DNA of 63,849 nucleotides, filler included, from Phoronis australis (taxonomy: Eukaryota > Animalia > Phoronida): the NCBI GenBank assembly GCA_002633005.1. It is 5 parts of 5 records of this genome, joined end to end, with 100 filler letters (N's around TTAATTAATTAA, not from the genome) between each part and the next. Parts side by side here need not be neighbours in the genome. Positions count along the whole stretch, not along the records: positions 52,399 to 62,290 come from NMRA01001782.1; positions 62,391 to 63,849 come from NMRA01002817.1; 3 more parts are not named here. One strand, 5' to 3'. Below are positions 52,399 to 63,849 of the stretch, in pieces. The first letter of the stretch is position 1, and each line of letters opens with the position of its first letter. A program made the translations under genes and the position numbers. The notes below the pieces were generated by a model. The model saw only the letters and a list, made by a program, of their open reading frames with translations. It made no database searches and was not told the origin of the DNA.

Positions 52399-54971
52399 GG
52401 GGTCACAAAACCCTAAAGAAAATTACAGTGCCAACTGGTCCTTCCAAATTTTGACGTTTTCAATTCAATCACTGATTATTTCCACTACTCAATAGTGACA
52501 CTGATTCTGTTGTGGCAATTAAACATTCACGCTCAATGCGATACTGAAAATTAGCTCATTTTTTGTTAAAAAAGCCACATAAGAGTCCTGGGGGAAGAGT
52601 TCAATTTCACAAAATCACGTTCTAGATACAACTCCTCGTTCCATATTACTTTATAGATATTCTATGTATTTGTAACATTTAGAAGATGTTCAGAAGCTGA
52701 AAGAGAGAAATAGACATTAGGTCTTAATGAGCATGCCCACATTAATAATCATAAGTATCACTTGCCAAGAAACTGTGGAGAATATGTCAACTCAGTCGAC
52801 ATGGAGAGCATGATGTGCTGTTATTGAAAATATTGAGAGTCCATTTTCGATTACATTCACGAATCCCATTTTGAATGAGCAGCAAACAGGGTCATGCTGG
52901 ACTTGTTAGCGCGAAATTCTTGTTACCCCCTCCATTTGTCAGTCTTTGCAGTATTTCACACCTGATGTGTACCATTGCATATTTGATTAGCTTTTACTTT
53001 GTAGTTGTATTACTGAGTCATTTTATTTCCACTTGATGAAACAAGTATTTTCGAAATATAGTTTGTCGTCTCTTGGTCAGTTTCCTTACCAATGTTCTGA
53101 CGATACGAACGGAATGGAATAAAGATTGTAAACAGCAACAAGTGTCATGTATCGAACCAATTTTGCATAATCATAGCTATGTTTAGAAGTTGCCTTACAA
53201 TGTACTTTTGGCCTATGATAGTAGTGACAGCAAGTTTTTGACACACAAGTTTTGCAAATGATATGTCAATGTCAGTTAGCCTTTGGCCCTTCCCACTGGA
53301 ACAAACTGTGTGTGGATTACAAATATTTATTGTGTAACATTGTTACAAATTCATTTTTGTTGGTTAATACTTGTGCTCATGATTATGAGCTGATTTGTAC
53401 GGTACTCAATTTAAACAAACATCAACACTAATTGCAACAACAAATCAGCTGATGCGACTGCGTAAGCGTAAATGATAAACACGGGAACATCAGCTGAAGA
53501 TGTTTCTGGCGTTAATAACTCATAACATGTCTGAATTATCTTGTGAATGTTTTAAATGACATGACAGAGAACACTATACGCATTTTATTTTTACAAGTCT
53601 TAAACACTCCAAAAAATCAAGCAATTCGACTCATTACTTTACCAAATCTTGAAACGAGGGAACGACCGCTCCATAAAACCGGAAGTTTTCTATCCTGCGT
53701 GTGCAGCGCCCTCTCATCGTTAGTGCTTATGTCCCGTGGCCCGCGACATGCGCAACGCGCTCTAACGGGAGTTGGCAGTCCCTATCTATAGTCTATGGTT
53801 GCAGCGTATGGCAACGACCCAACACTTCCGAATCTCAACGTCTATAGGAATTGTAAGACAGTTAAATGTCCGTATTTATCTAGCCGTTCGAGCAACGCGG
53901 AATACAACATTGCCAATAAGCCAACAGAGCTATCGTAGCGAGCCTCTATTTGGAACACGCCTCCTATCAGCATGAATTAGGTCTATATCTCACAACCAGT
54001 GGCAACAATGAGTACCAGTATTTACCCACGGCACAGGAGTTTTTGTTTACACTGCACAGCTGAAATATGGTAAAAGCTAGATATTGCACCAGTTTTTGTA
54101 CATGGTAACCAAATTCATGAACACCGTGAAACCATAGATACTCGAGTTGGCAGTCCCTATCTATAGTCTATGTGAAACTACCCTGTCAAACTTGTTGTAT
54201 TGAAATTATATGTTGCCTGTTGTAGTGTACTGCTTGGCTATCTTACCAACTCAAGAAAAAATAAGTTATAAGGAAACAGTATGGGCCTCTAGTTACCTTA
54301 TCATTTTCCGGTATTGTAAGCTCTTCTTGTGTTTGCAGAGAACAAAAGTAGTTGAACTTTTCACGAGAAATTTTAGAGGACATTTGATCGCGTGCTTGCG
54401 TCTTGCAATGTTTATCATGTTGTGTGGCACAGCAATGAAAACTTTACTTAGTGTTTTAGTCTGTGTTGAAGTGTGAGCAGTTTTGAGATGAGGAACACCG
54501 AACTCGGCCTTACTGGTTCGAGTTGATGGGTCACGAGAACGACGTTCAGACACACGCTGAAAATTCTCTTTCAATATGACAAAAATTTGGTGGTTATCAA
54601 AACCTTCCGCTTGGTTTCAACTGCAGATTCTGGTTCGTTATGAACCGTTCGCGTGCTCTTTTGTCCAGCAGTAGCGACTCGCCGACTACCGTTTCAGTAC
54701 CACGTACACTGTAACGCCGGGTATTCCCACTTACCAGAGAACAGATTTTCAACCCACCTAACTTAGTTCTTGTCATGTTTCTTCAAGTTTGGGTAAAAAT
54801 GGTCATAACTTTTCCCCGAAGAATTCAAATTTTGATGCCAAGCAGTTGAAAAATCACCAGTTTTCAAATCCCGATATATCAATTCATTTTAGCCAGTTAT
54901 TGCAGTGATCTCTTCTATAATGCAGTAATTGTTCTACTCGATCCGGCCACACATAGACCTGCACTCAGATA

Positions 54972-55200
54972 CCGGGATTTTCCGTAGATAAGCCCTTGGG
55001 TGTGTATTCGGAAAACGAAAAATTTCAGATGTTTATTTGGAAAGGGGGGACTTTTTGCCGAAACTTTGACATACATGCATTTTACTTAAAACTGTGTTTT
55101 TATTAAATTTTGTGTGTATAATTGCATAGTTCGTCAACAGCTCGTTCGTTTTTACAAGTGATAAATGCTCCACAAAACTCGGTGTGGCATGTTGACTGAC
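54972..55200 (+). mobile_element. Left end of a pogo/Tc-like non-autonomous DNA transposon
   Basis: TA|CCGGGATTTTCCGTAGATAAGCCC; homologous to 57669-57890. Confidence 0.55.
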
Positions 55201-55429
55201 TAGTAAATGAAAGCAAACGACGACGGAACTTAACACAACCGCGAGGTACAACAATGACTGACTCGGCAGCTCTCACAGTCAGACTACATGAAAAGAAATT
55301 TGGCGCGAAATGCTTGCCTCCTGGCTAAAACGTCACTTCCGGAATAGCGGACGAGTAATTAATAAAATTACGAAAAGCTATAATTAAGTGGAAAAAATGT
55401 CTAGGATAACCAACCAACCTTATTTTAGC

Positions 55430-56731
55430 TCAAAATGACATGGAAACTTGAGTGAAGCGGTTGCCTTCGCCTTTAAAGCTTTCACTTTTGGATTTGAGAA
55501 CTTTCTCGATACCATCAGCCTCACCAGCGAACCCAGTGATATCTGACGGCTGGATGACTTCCTGTTTAACATCGTCAACATCGACTGGTTTGTTTCTACC
55601 GTCCAATTCCGCTACTTCTTTACCTCTGACATCAGGGTTACCAATAATCTGTGTGTCTACATATGGCAGATGTGTATTCGCATGCATATTGTTCTTGACC
55701 TTCTCATCTTTCTCTGCTAAATAGGGGTACACTTCCTCCGAAACTGTAGACCCAGTGATATCTGACGGTTGGATAACTTCCTGTATAATATTGTCAACGT
55801 CGCCTAGTTTGTTATTACCAGTCAATTTCAGGGCATCTCTCTCTCCGTCATCAGGATCACCAATTGGCTCTTTCGTTAAATTTGGGAGGTTCGTCTTTTG
55901 ATGGTCATTAATCTTCCACATCCCATCTTTCTTTGTGGAAATGGGATAAACTTCATCCGAAACTGTAGAATCAATTGTCTTAGTGAAATCAGACAATGTG
56001 GCGTCTTCTAAGTGGTCATTTTGAACGCGTTTGCTTTCGGATGTCAGGGCTTTTTCCTTACTATAAGCATCATCAGCGATCCAAGTGGTACCTGACGGTT
56101 GAGTGATTTCTTGTTGAACATTTTCGACGTTGCCTGGTTTGTTTCTACCTTTCAATAGCACGACTTCTCTCCCTTCAACATCAGGGTCATTAATTGGATC
56201 TTTCTGTACATTTTTCAGATCCGTATTTTCATGGATATTCTGTTTTACTTTCTCGTCGTTGTCTGGGGAAATCCTTGACATTTCCTCTGAAGTGTTTCTT
56301 TCACATTTAGCATCTTCTTTGTAGATGCTTGTCGAGTTTCCAATTTTGCACTCGACTTCACACTCTGTGACATGCTCACCGAGGTCCGTTAATTTGCAGA
56401 CAGTGTTTGCCTTTTTGCGACGTGATGCTATGACAAGAAGACAACACAAATCTGATACACACCTAACATAAGCGTCCATTAATGTAGTGTTAACTTTTGC
56501 TTTCTGAACAGGTTGAGACGCGTCAGATGCGTCTCCTGACGACTTGTCATTCACTGCCGTGGTTCCAGAGGCGTCTTTGTTGCCAAAAGACACAATGCGC
56601 GGAAATTTCCTAGTGACAGAGAAAACTTTCTCGGTCGTTCTCGGCACAATTTGCAAAATAAAGTCTTTGAACCAAAATATCGCAACTTTCATAAAGTCCC
56701 AAATGACTCTGTAGGCCATTCCAAGGTTCAT
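55430..56731 (-). CDS. Uncharacterised acidic protein (large exon) with three ~73-aa repeats
   Basis: 1.3-kb stop-free frame; first ATG at 56731 in a gcaaaATG context; repeats conserved in frame. Confidence 0.65.
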   Translation of the reverse strand: MNLGMAYRVIWDFMKVAIFWFKDFILQIVPRTTEKVFSVTRKFPRIVSFGNKDASGTTAVNDKSSGDASDASQPVQKAKVNTTLMDAYVRCVSDLCCLLVIASRRKKANTVCKLTDLGEHVTECEVECKIGNSTSIYKEDAKCERNTSEEMSRISPDNDEKVKQNIHENTDLKNVQKDPINDPDVEGREVVLLKGRNKPGNVENVQQEITQPSGTTWIADDAYSKEKALTSESKRVQNDHLEDATLSDFTKTIDSTVSDEVYPISTKKDGMWKINDHQKTNLPNLTKEPIGDPDDGERDALKLTGNNKLGDVDNIIQEVIQPSDITGSTVSEEVYPYLAEKDEKVKNNMHANTHLPYVDTQIIGNPDVRGKEVAELDGRNKPVDVDDVKQEVIQPSDITGFAGEADGIEKVLKSKSESFKGEGNRFTQVSMSF

Positions 56732-56914
56732 TTTGCAAAATTTGTAAAATGAATACGTCACGAATAGTTCGACGTCATCAATCGTAAACGTCAAATGCCA
56801 AGTACACCCACTGGAGTATTTTCGGAAAATTTTCAAAAAGTACAACCATGTGTGTATTTTCGGTAACTGTTAACATGTCTTGAAAATCTGAAGGACTCGT
56901 TCTATAACCCGTAT

Positions 56915-56990
56915 CATGGGCGGCGCACCATAGGGGGCTGGGGGGGGGGGGGGCTATNCCTCCACTTATTTTAGTGCTGTGCCGCCCATG
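56915..56990. mobile_element. hAT-like mini-MITE
   Basis: CATGGGCGGC...GCCGCCCATG TIR; flanks acccgtat / cgccgtat (6/8 TSD); G-run. Confidence 0.6.
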
Positions 56991-57668
56991 CGCCGTATGT
57001 AATGTGTTTTGAAGTAAAGCTTTATTTTGGCAACACATATTTTGAGGGTCGCGATTTCGCTCAAATGTCTATCATTTAACGAGATATTTGTTCGTTTTGT
57101 TGGTAACTTAGGTTATGAAAGACAATTTTAATTTCAACTAACCGTGTTTGCCGAATGCGAAATGAGTATGGAAGAATAAAATTATTACCAGTAAGATACA
57201 ATTACATACATTAAAAAGGGCATGTTTCTTTAAAAATCTCTAATATCTGTTTAACAAAACCACATAAAATGTTTGACCGCTCCCCCTTTCCGAAAATACG
57301 CCCGAGTCGGTATAATCGGGTTCATTTAACGTATATCCATTGGCCTGTTCAGTTTCGTACACAGTCGAACCATTTTGTTGCGACAGTATCGGTTTCATAT
57401 TGCGATTCATTTGGACAAACACGAGTTGGTTGAAGGGGTGGCGATTTGTCTGGTGTGAAGTGCACATGGAATATTTTAGAGTACAAGCCACATAAATGAC
57501 AAATGTTCATCGTGATAATATTTTAGACTTTCTGACCAATGACCTATCCATAGCTTTCGTGGAAATGTAAATACATTGTACGTATAGTTGCTTTCAGTCA
57601 AATACAGCTAGGTGGCTGCATCTTTTTGAATGAGGATTTCGCTAGCGTTTTAGCCAGTAAAACTGCTA

Positions 57669-58470
57669 TCGGGACTTTCCGTAGATAAGCCCAAGGGCGT
57701 GTATTAGGAAAATGAAAATTTTTAGGCATTTTTGGAACACCAAATAAACGCCCGGGTGTTTATTCGGAAAAGGTGGGATTTTGAACGGGGTCATAGTTTT
57801 GCCGACTTTAGCAATACTTAAAACTGTGTTTAAAAATGCGTAGTTCGTCAACAACTTGTTAGTTTTTTGCTCCACAAAACTGAATTTGTGACAAAAAGTG
57901 AACGCTGATTGGGCTTTAAGAGGAAATTTTCCAAATATACGCCCCGCTATCTGGACATTTGACACCAGGGCCCTGTCTCTAATCTTAGTACTCGAAACGA
58001 ACTCGAAACTATTTTTGGCAATTTCTCTGCTCCTTTTGTGCGAACTTAAGATAATTGGTTATCAGACTGTGCTCGAATACATTATAGTTTATGCATAGGA
58101 GTTTTTAGTTCAAGTTTGCCCTTGAAGACCCTTATATTCGTGCTACAAACTCGAGTAAAAACTCGAAATTTCGAGTTCAAACTCGAACTTATTGCTTTAA
58201 TATTGGGTTTACAAACCGTTGTGAACTAAGGACAACAAATTATCTACGTAAGTTATTGTGTACTCGAGCATAGAATAATAGACACTTATTCTGAGTTCGC
58301 CCAAAAGTAGAGTAGAAAATGCCAAACCTAATTTCGAGTTCCATTTCGAGTAAAAAGATTGGAGACCGGGCCCAGAAGTTGTAACACCAAATACACGCCC
58401 ATGGGCAATATTTTTAAACGCCTACAATATGGGCGTTTCATCGGGTGTGCTTATCTACGGAAAATCCGTT
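57669..58470. mobile_element. pogo/Tc-like non-autonomous element hosting a nested MITE
   Basis: GGACTTTCCGTAGATAAGC ... GCTTATCTACGGAAAATCC inverted ends. Confidence 0.6.
57969..58372. mobile_element. PIF/Harbinger-like MITE with CAG target duplication
   Basis: cag|GGCCCTGTCTCTAATCTT..ACTCGAAA ... TTTCGAGT..AAGATTGGAGACCGGGCC|cag; ~40-bp imperfect TIR. Confidence 0.7.
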
Positions 58471-59838
58471 TGAAGTTAGCCATTCTTTCACGACGCAGTG
58501 ATTTACCAACCACCAAGTCGTGTTTCCGCCTGTTTCGATACAGATTGCATTGACCGGCTTTGTCATGATTACCATCCGCTCTTTGGTAATCCGTTTGGAC
58601 TGTTGTAGTTGGGCGATTTTGGTGATTCAAAAACGGAACATGATGAGCATTTGACGAGGAATTCATAAATGCTATTGGTTTAAGCTCAAACATGTTATAA
58701 CTTAACTTTCATTTTTATCAGCCCAGCCCAGTCAGCCTGGCAAGATACGATCCGATGATCGGAGATCAGAGCAATTATTGAACAAAAGAGCGCAGGCCCT
58801 CCAACCCTGACTGCCACAATGCCGGGAGTTAATCAGTCGCCATTCATGGCGCGGTGGCCGGGGGTAAACTTCCCAACTTGTTGTTGGGCCATCGAACAAG
58901 TTGGGAGCAACGGGATGTCGCCGTCATCATGCTAACTAATATCTCAATGGCCGGTGAGTGCCCCGGCTAACTAGAAGTATGTGTGGCGGAATTCACCGTT
59001 AAGTTGAACTCGCCCACTATTAAGGAGCGGCCCCGGCGCCTCGCCGCGGGGCGCCCCATGTGTAATTGATCCCTGCGAAAACTATGCATGTCTGAGTCAG
59101 CACTGTGTCACTGAAGCAGGCTGCCGCCACTATACTGTCACTACAACAATAACAACTACTAGGCTCGGCCGACGCCGTCATGGGCTACCCCGCGACGGCC
59201 CGGCCGGGGGCCGGCCGGGATCAACGTGTCCCTTGATCCCCGGCTACCAGCCCCGAGCCCCCCGGCTGGGCGTATCCTAGCTATGCGTTTTTGAATGGTG
59301 GCAAATAGACATTCAAACTTCATAATGACCCGAATGTTCAACTAAATACCAAAGATTTTAGTAAACACTCAGGAGCCGTGACAACTCGAATTGGGTCGGG
59401 CTGCGTGACAATGCCCGGCGGCGGCCGGTGTGTAACAGTGACCAGCTAAAATATGTTTGTAACTCATTTAAGTACTTATTTATTATTATGTTAACCACAT
59501 GTTATGTTCCATCTGTGTATGTGTTATTTCATATGTACACGAAATTTCTCACGCTGTACACTTAGCTGCGGCGGCTCCGAGACTATTCTATTCACTAGCA
59601 TCATGTATGCTAATGTTCATTGTTTTTCACCAAACCCACTCGAAATAATCCAATATAGTGTGTCACACAACGCAAATGTGCTTGCGTTTCTTGTCGTTTT
59701 TACTATTTGCAAAAAAATCAAGACTGCTTTGGCGAAATTCCCGCTCTCCGGCAGAGCATGAGCAAGGCAGAGGCCAAAACAGAAAAGGCTCAATCGTAGC
59801 TCAGAGTAAAGTTTCAACACGGTCCTGAACAAACCAAG

Positions 59839-59899
59839 ATGGCGGCTAGTTTGCGAAGAATAATTCGTCCCGCTGTGGTCTCGTTATTGCGGCAGAATG
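59839..59899 (+). CDS. Probable first exon of a nuclear-encoded mitochondrial protein
   Basis: CAAGATGGCGGC (YY1-type motif over the ATG); MAASLRRIIRPAVVSLLRQN G|gtacgt, Arg-rich with no acidic residues. Confidence 0.55.
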
Positions 59900-60772
59900 G
59901 TACGTCCCGTGTTTTGTTCTAAATGTTTGAGTGACTCCTAACAATTTGCAACGTACCCAGTAAATTTAAGACGATAAATCTTGCAAATTTTCCCACACAT
60001 TTGTCCGTACTTGACCATGTCGAGCGTTCGACGCTATGGCTGCCTTGGACTTAGGCAACACGGATGGATAATCACAAGAGTGGGTACTCCCGCACCCGAC
60101 CCGCTGCTCCAAATGTCGAGTCCTATTTGCTAATGGACAGACTTTGTCGTTGCCTAAATTGTTCACCTGCTCCACAAGATATACTGTAGACAGTGCCTAG
60201 ACATTTCCTAGTCTCTTGGCTTCTTGGCTTTCCTTGATCATACCTTGTTGTGCACTAGGCAATGACCATCGCCTCTGTTGGCCCGAAGCAGAGGCGATGT
60301 AGAGGCTATAGGCGCTCTGTACGCCGGAAGCTTTTCGGCGAATTATGCCTCGCACCGACTAAACCATCAAAGTCACGTTGTTACAAATACCTTTTGCGCA
60401 TAGAGGAACACCTTAGGAGGTTGTCGATGTGTTTAATTCCTTCCAACTCGAACAAATACTCCCGTTATGAAACTTTTTCTTCGAGCAGTCCCTATTTCAG
60501 TTCCCAAAATCGTGAACTCAACTTTTTNNNNNNNNNNNNNNNNNNNNNNNNNNNNNNNNNNNNNNNNNNNNNNNNNNNNNNNNNNNNNNNNNNNNNNNNN
60601 NNNNNNNNNNNNNNNNNNNNNNNNNNNNNNNNNNNNNNNNNNNNNNNNNNNNNNNNNNNNNNNNNNNNNNNNNNNNNNNNNNNNNNCAATGACCATCGCC
60701 TCTGTTGGCCCGAAGCAGAGGCGATGTAGAGGCTATAGGCGCTCTGTACGCCGGAAGCTTTTCGGCGAATTA

Positions 60773-61483
60773 TGCCTCGCACCGACTAAACCATCAAAGT
60801 CACGTTGTTACAAATACCTTTTGCGCATAGAGGAACACCTTAGGAGGTTGTCGATGTGTTTAATTCCTTCCAACTCGAACAAATACTCCCGTTATGAAAC
60901 TTTTTCTTTGAGCAGTCCCTATTTCAGTTCCCAAAATCGTGAACTCACCATTTTTTTACTGCGCACGCTCCAATTCATGACCTCAATCTTTAAATAGGCC
61001 AAAGGTGAGCCATTGCGGTCAAATGTTCGTTTCCAAAATGCCACCACTTATACTTGTCTTTAATTGGCGTTACTTGAAACTGATTGCATTTCAATGAATC
61101 ATTGTTTGTATTTGATAAAAACAAATGCTGTTGATATGACATTTACTAGTCTTTGTGCACATATTTGACATTTTAATGTTTAACAACACGGCAAATGCAC
61201 GGCTGGTTCCCGGCAGCACGTACGTGAAGGGCGGGAACTTCAGCTTTCAAAGTTCGCCGGTAGGTCCGCAACTTCTGACCTTCGGCCTGGTTAAAAAAAT
61301 GAAAAAGTTGATTTCACGATTTTGGGAACTGAAATAGGGACTGCTCGAAGAAAAAGTTTCATAACTGGAGTATTTGTTCGAGTTGGAAGGAATTAAACAC
61401 ATCGACAACCTCCTAAGGTGTTCCTCTATGCGCAAAAGGTATTTGTAACAACGTGACTTTGATGGTTTAGTCGGTGCGAGGCA
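60773..61483. mobile_element. Young MITE with ~180-bp TIRs and TA flanks
   Basis: ta|TGCCTCGCACCGACTAAACC ... GGTTTAGTCGGTGCGAGGCA|ta; arms nearly identical. Confidence 0.85.
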
Positions 61484-62290
61484 TATATTGTGGCTGATAT
61501 TGTGGTATAAAAGGTTTAACCTAACGTTAATGTTTTGGTTTCAACACTTGACCCTATATAAATGCAAAATATTAATTAGTTAGTTAATACAGGGTGGGAC
61601 CACTGTTATGTATGTAAAATACAGATGACATGAACTGTGTGAGCTGTGACCAAACAATTATAATTGATTGATTCTTGTCTGTGCTTCACTTATAAAGATT
61701 GAATAGCTTAGATGTACACACATTTCTAGAGTGTAGCCCTAAAATTGATGGTATGAACCTGGAAGCATGCATTGAAATCTTGATTGCTACATGCAAAATG
61801 TATGTGGGAATCTGAAGTTAGGATGTACAGGGTTAGAATATCCATTTAAAAATGTTTCATCTCAAATTTATTTGCATTTTTTCAATATTACTTGTTATTC
61901 AAGTTATTTACGCGTCACTAGTTCTAATCATATTTCAAAACTTATTGTGCTAACAGCTTGCAATCTGTTGTTAGTTATGGTAATTATAATCCGTCCATTA
62001 ACACATTGAGCTTAATGGTAATAGTATTTAAACTGAGGAGTGCCAGCCAAAGCTGTTTCCTCACACTATGATTTATACTAGATTAGCTTGCTCTAAAGTG
62101 CCCACACTTCGATCCTTACACCATTTGATAAATATGATGCAAAAATCATTAGACACACCTATGTAATGTAATTGAGTATTGATGATAAATTATCAGCAGA
62201 CATTGAATAAACACCACTATTTTCTCTCATAACTTCTAACATTCCACTTAAAGGAGAACATGAAGATGACATCATTTCAGTTGTTGGAAT

Positions 62291-62390
62291 NNNNNNNNNN
62301 NNNNNNNNNNNNNNNNNNNNNNNNNNNNNNNNNNTTAATTAATTAANNNNNNNNNNNNNNNNNNNNNNNNNNNNNNNNNNNNNNNNNNNN
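62291..62390. other. Artificial contig spacer
   Basis: N44-TTAATTAATTAA-N44. Confidence 0.98.
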
Positions 62391-63101
62391 CCCCCCCCCG
62401 GGTGCACTCATGCTGTTTTTTTGACTTGTACCCAAGTGTGACAAAGATCACACTATGCCGATTTGTCTTGAGAAGTGTCCTTTACCCAGATACTTCGACT
62501 ACACGATGCTCGGGTTAAGGTCTTTTCTATGATTAGCAAAACTGCACCAGATTACATTTAATTTTCAAATTTTGCCTTCCCCCTCCCCCTGATGGGAGGA
62601 TCTCACTTCATCCCATGCTTGCATGTGGCGCCGGGTTCCATATCTGCGTCGAGCATTCATCACCACGCTCCTTTCGAAACCCAGGCAATAGGGGGATCCC
62701 ACGACTCATGTTCACGTGCGGCACCCCGTTTTGGCCATTCACCACCATGCTCCTTTCAAAACCCAGGGGAAACACCGTAATTGCATGAAAATCGAGCAAG
62801 GACTTTCGACAACACAGAGTGAACATATGAAAATATATTTGTGGTAGTTGAATCCACCCAGTCATCATCTGCTGTCACTTTCATGGAAACATATTTTGCC
62901 AAGTTTCACAAACATTCTGCGAGGGATTTAGAACAAACAGCCGCTGATGCAAAAACAAAATTGCTACTAAGGGACACCGTAGTACCCGGACACGTTTGCA
63001 AAAAAACTTCGACGTGCACTTATGTTGGCACGATAGAATATGATTAATAAGGATATCCCGACTACGCAGTCTTCAATACAACAAACCCTGAGACCACTGA
63101 C

Positions 63102-63201
63102 CTGCTATATTGACACAGGCTTGTTCGGGTGACTCGCTATCATTGTACTTCTGTAGAACTCTAATGAAGTCTTCCTCATGTTCTTCCAGCAAGTGCTCAC
63201 A
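63102..63201 (-). CDS. Internal exon of a saposin-B-like/Canopy-like protein
   Basis: cttttgcag|TGT ... GCA G|gtcagt; CEHLLEEHEEDFIRVLQKYNDSESPEQACVNIA; possible last exon at 62906-62943 (AAVCSKSLAECL*). Confidence 0.65.
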
Positions 63202-63513
63202 CTGCAAAAGCAAGAAAGACTATTGCAAGTTGTTATGAACGCTGCTGAAGAAATCTTGATATCTTGTGAAAGGAACATCGGAAACTCACGTTGCGTCCGA
63301 GAAGCAAACTTTTGAATTAGACCATTTACTCATTGGTCTCAACTTACTTTAAGGTGAAAAGTGATCTGCAAGTCTGTAAAGACCTTACAGTTGGTTGTTC
63401 CTTGAAGTCATCGTCAGTAAAAAGGTAATGACACACCATCACAGGCCAATTTGTTATGTCTTGTCTCAGACTCAGTTCCTTCAAATCATTGCATTCACCT
63501 CCAATTTGGTTAA

Positions 63514-63846
63514 AGCCTTGGTCACAACCCGCCGTACGTGCAAGTGCGTGCTGTCTACGTGTAAAAACGTGGGGGAAATTTGGCGATCCGTACGTGGCAA
63601 GTACGGCCTCCGTGCGTTTTGGTGAATACGCAGGAGAACGCAGACACGACGTAGCACTTTTAGTGCATGCAGAACTTTCTCTGCGTGCAAGCTGCGTTCG
63701 CATTACAGATTCACGGCAGTACGTGTGACGTACGTCCTCCCTGCGCTTGCCACTCCCTACTCACGTTTTCAGAAAAACGTGGTGCCCGTGGCGTCCGCAG
63801 AAAACGTACGAACAATAAACACGCACGGCGGGTTGTGACCATAGCT
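63514..63846. mobile_element. PIF/Harbinger-like MITE
   Basis: AGCCTTGGTCACAACCCGCCGT / ACGGCGGGTTGTGACCATAGCT TIR with TAA/TTA flanks. Confidence 0.8.
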
Positions 63847-63849
63847 TTA

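Noticed and set aside
60260-60950. Direct repeat across the 60528-60686 gap
   Set aside because: Near-identical sequence on both sides of a gap next to a long TIR is a typical scaffolding artefact
41508-63201. Functional cluster of peptidase, GH1, orphan and saposin genes
   Set aside because: They lie on different contigs joined by artificial spacers; only M13 and GH1 are truly linked

Overview
This is AT-rich, intron- and repeat-rich animal (bilaterian, probably marine invertebrate) genomic DNA, not prokaryotic sequence. It is five unrelated contigs joined by artificial 100-bp N44-TTAATTAATTAA-N44 spacers. Contig 1 (1-29763) carries six phase-compatible minus-strand exons of a membrane-anchored ZP-domain protein whose ZP-C appears to have lost two whole disulfide pairs; its introns hold LINE relics, MITEs and satellites. 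Contig 2 (29864-41023) is non-coding. It is a ~7-kb imperfect palindrome plus two more modules, built from a 123/167/175/345-bp satellite packed with CTCF-like motifs (divergently oriented around the palindrome centre) and a 19/20-bp phased A-tract satellite; this is the most unusual structure in the window. Contig 3 has the first coding exon of an M13 (neprilysin/ECE-like) peptidase, an RNase H LINE relic, a Penelope relic and a 5' exon of a GH1 beta-glucosidase. Contig 4 has a ~430-aa repeat-containing orphan ORF bracketed by DNA-transposon ends, and a probable mitochondrial-presequence first exon. Contig 5 has a saposin/Canopy-like exon. Most short ORFs in the track are translations of repeats. 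All calls were made by eye; no searches were run.
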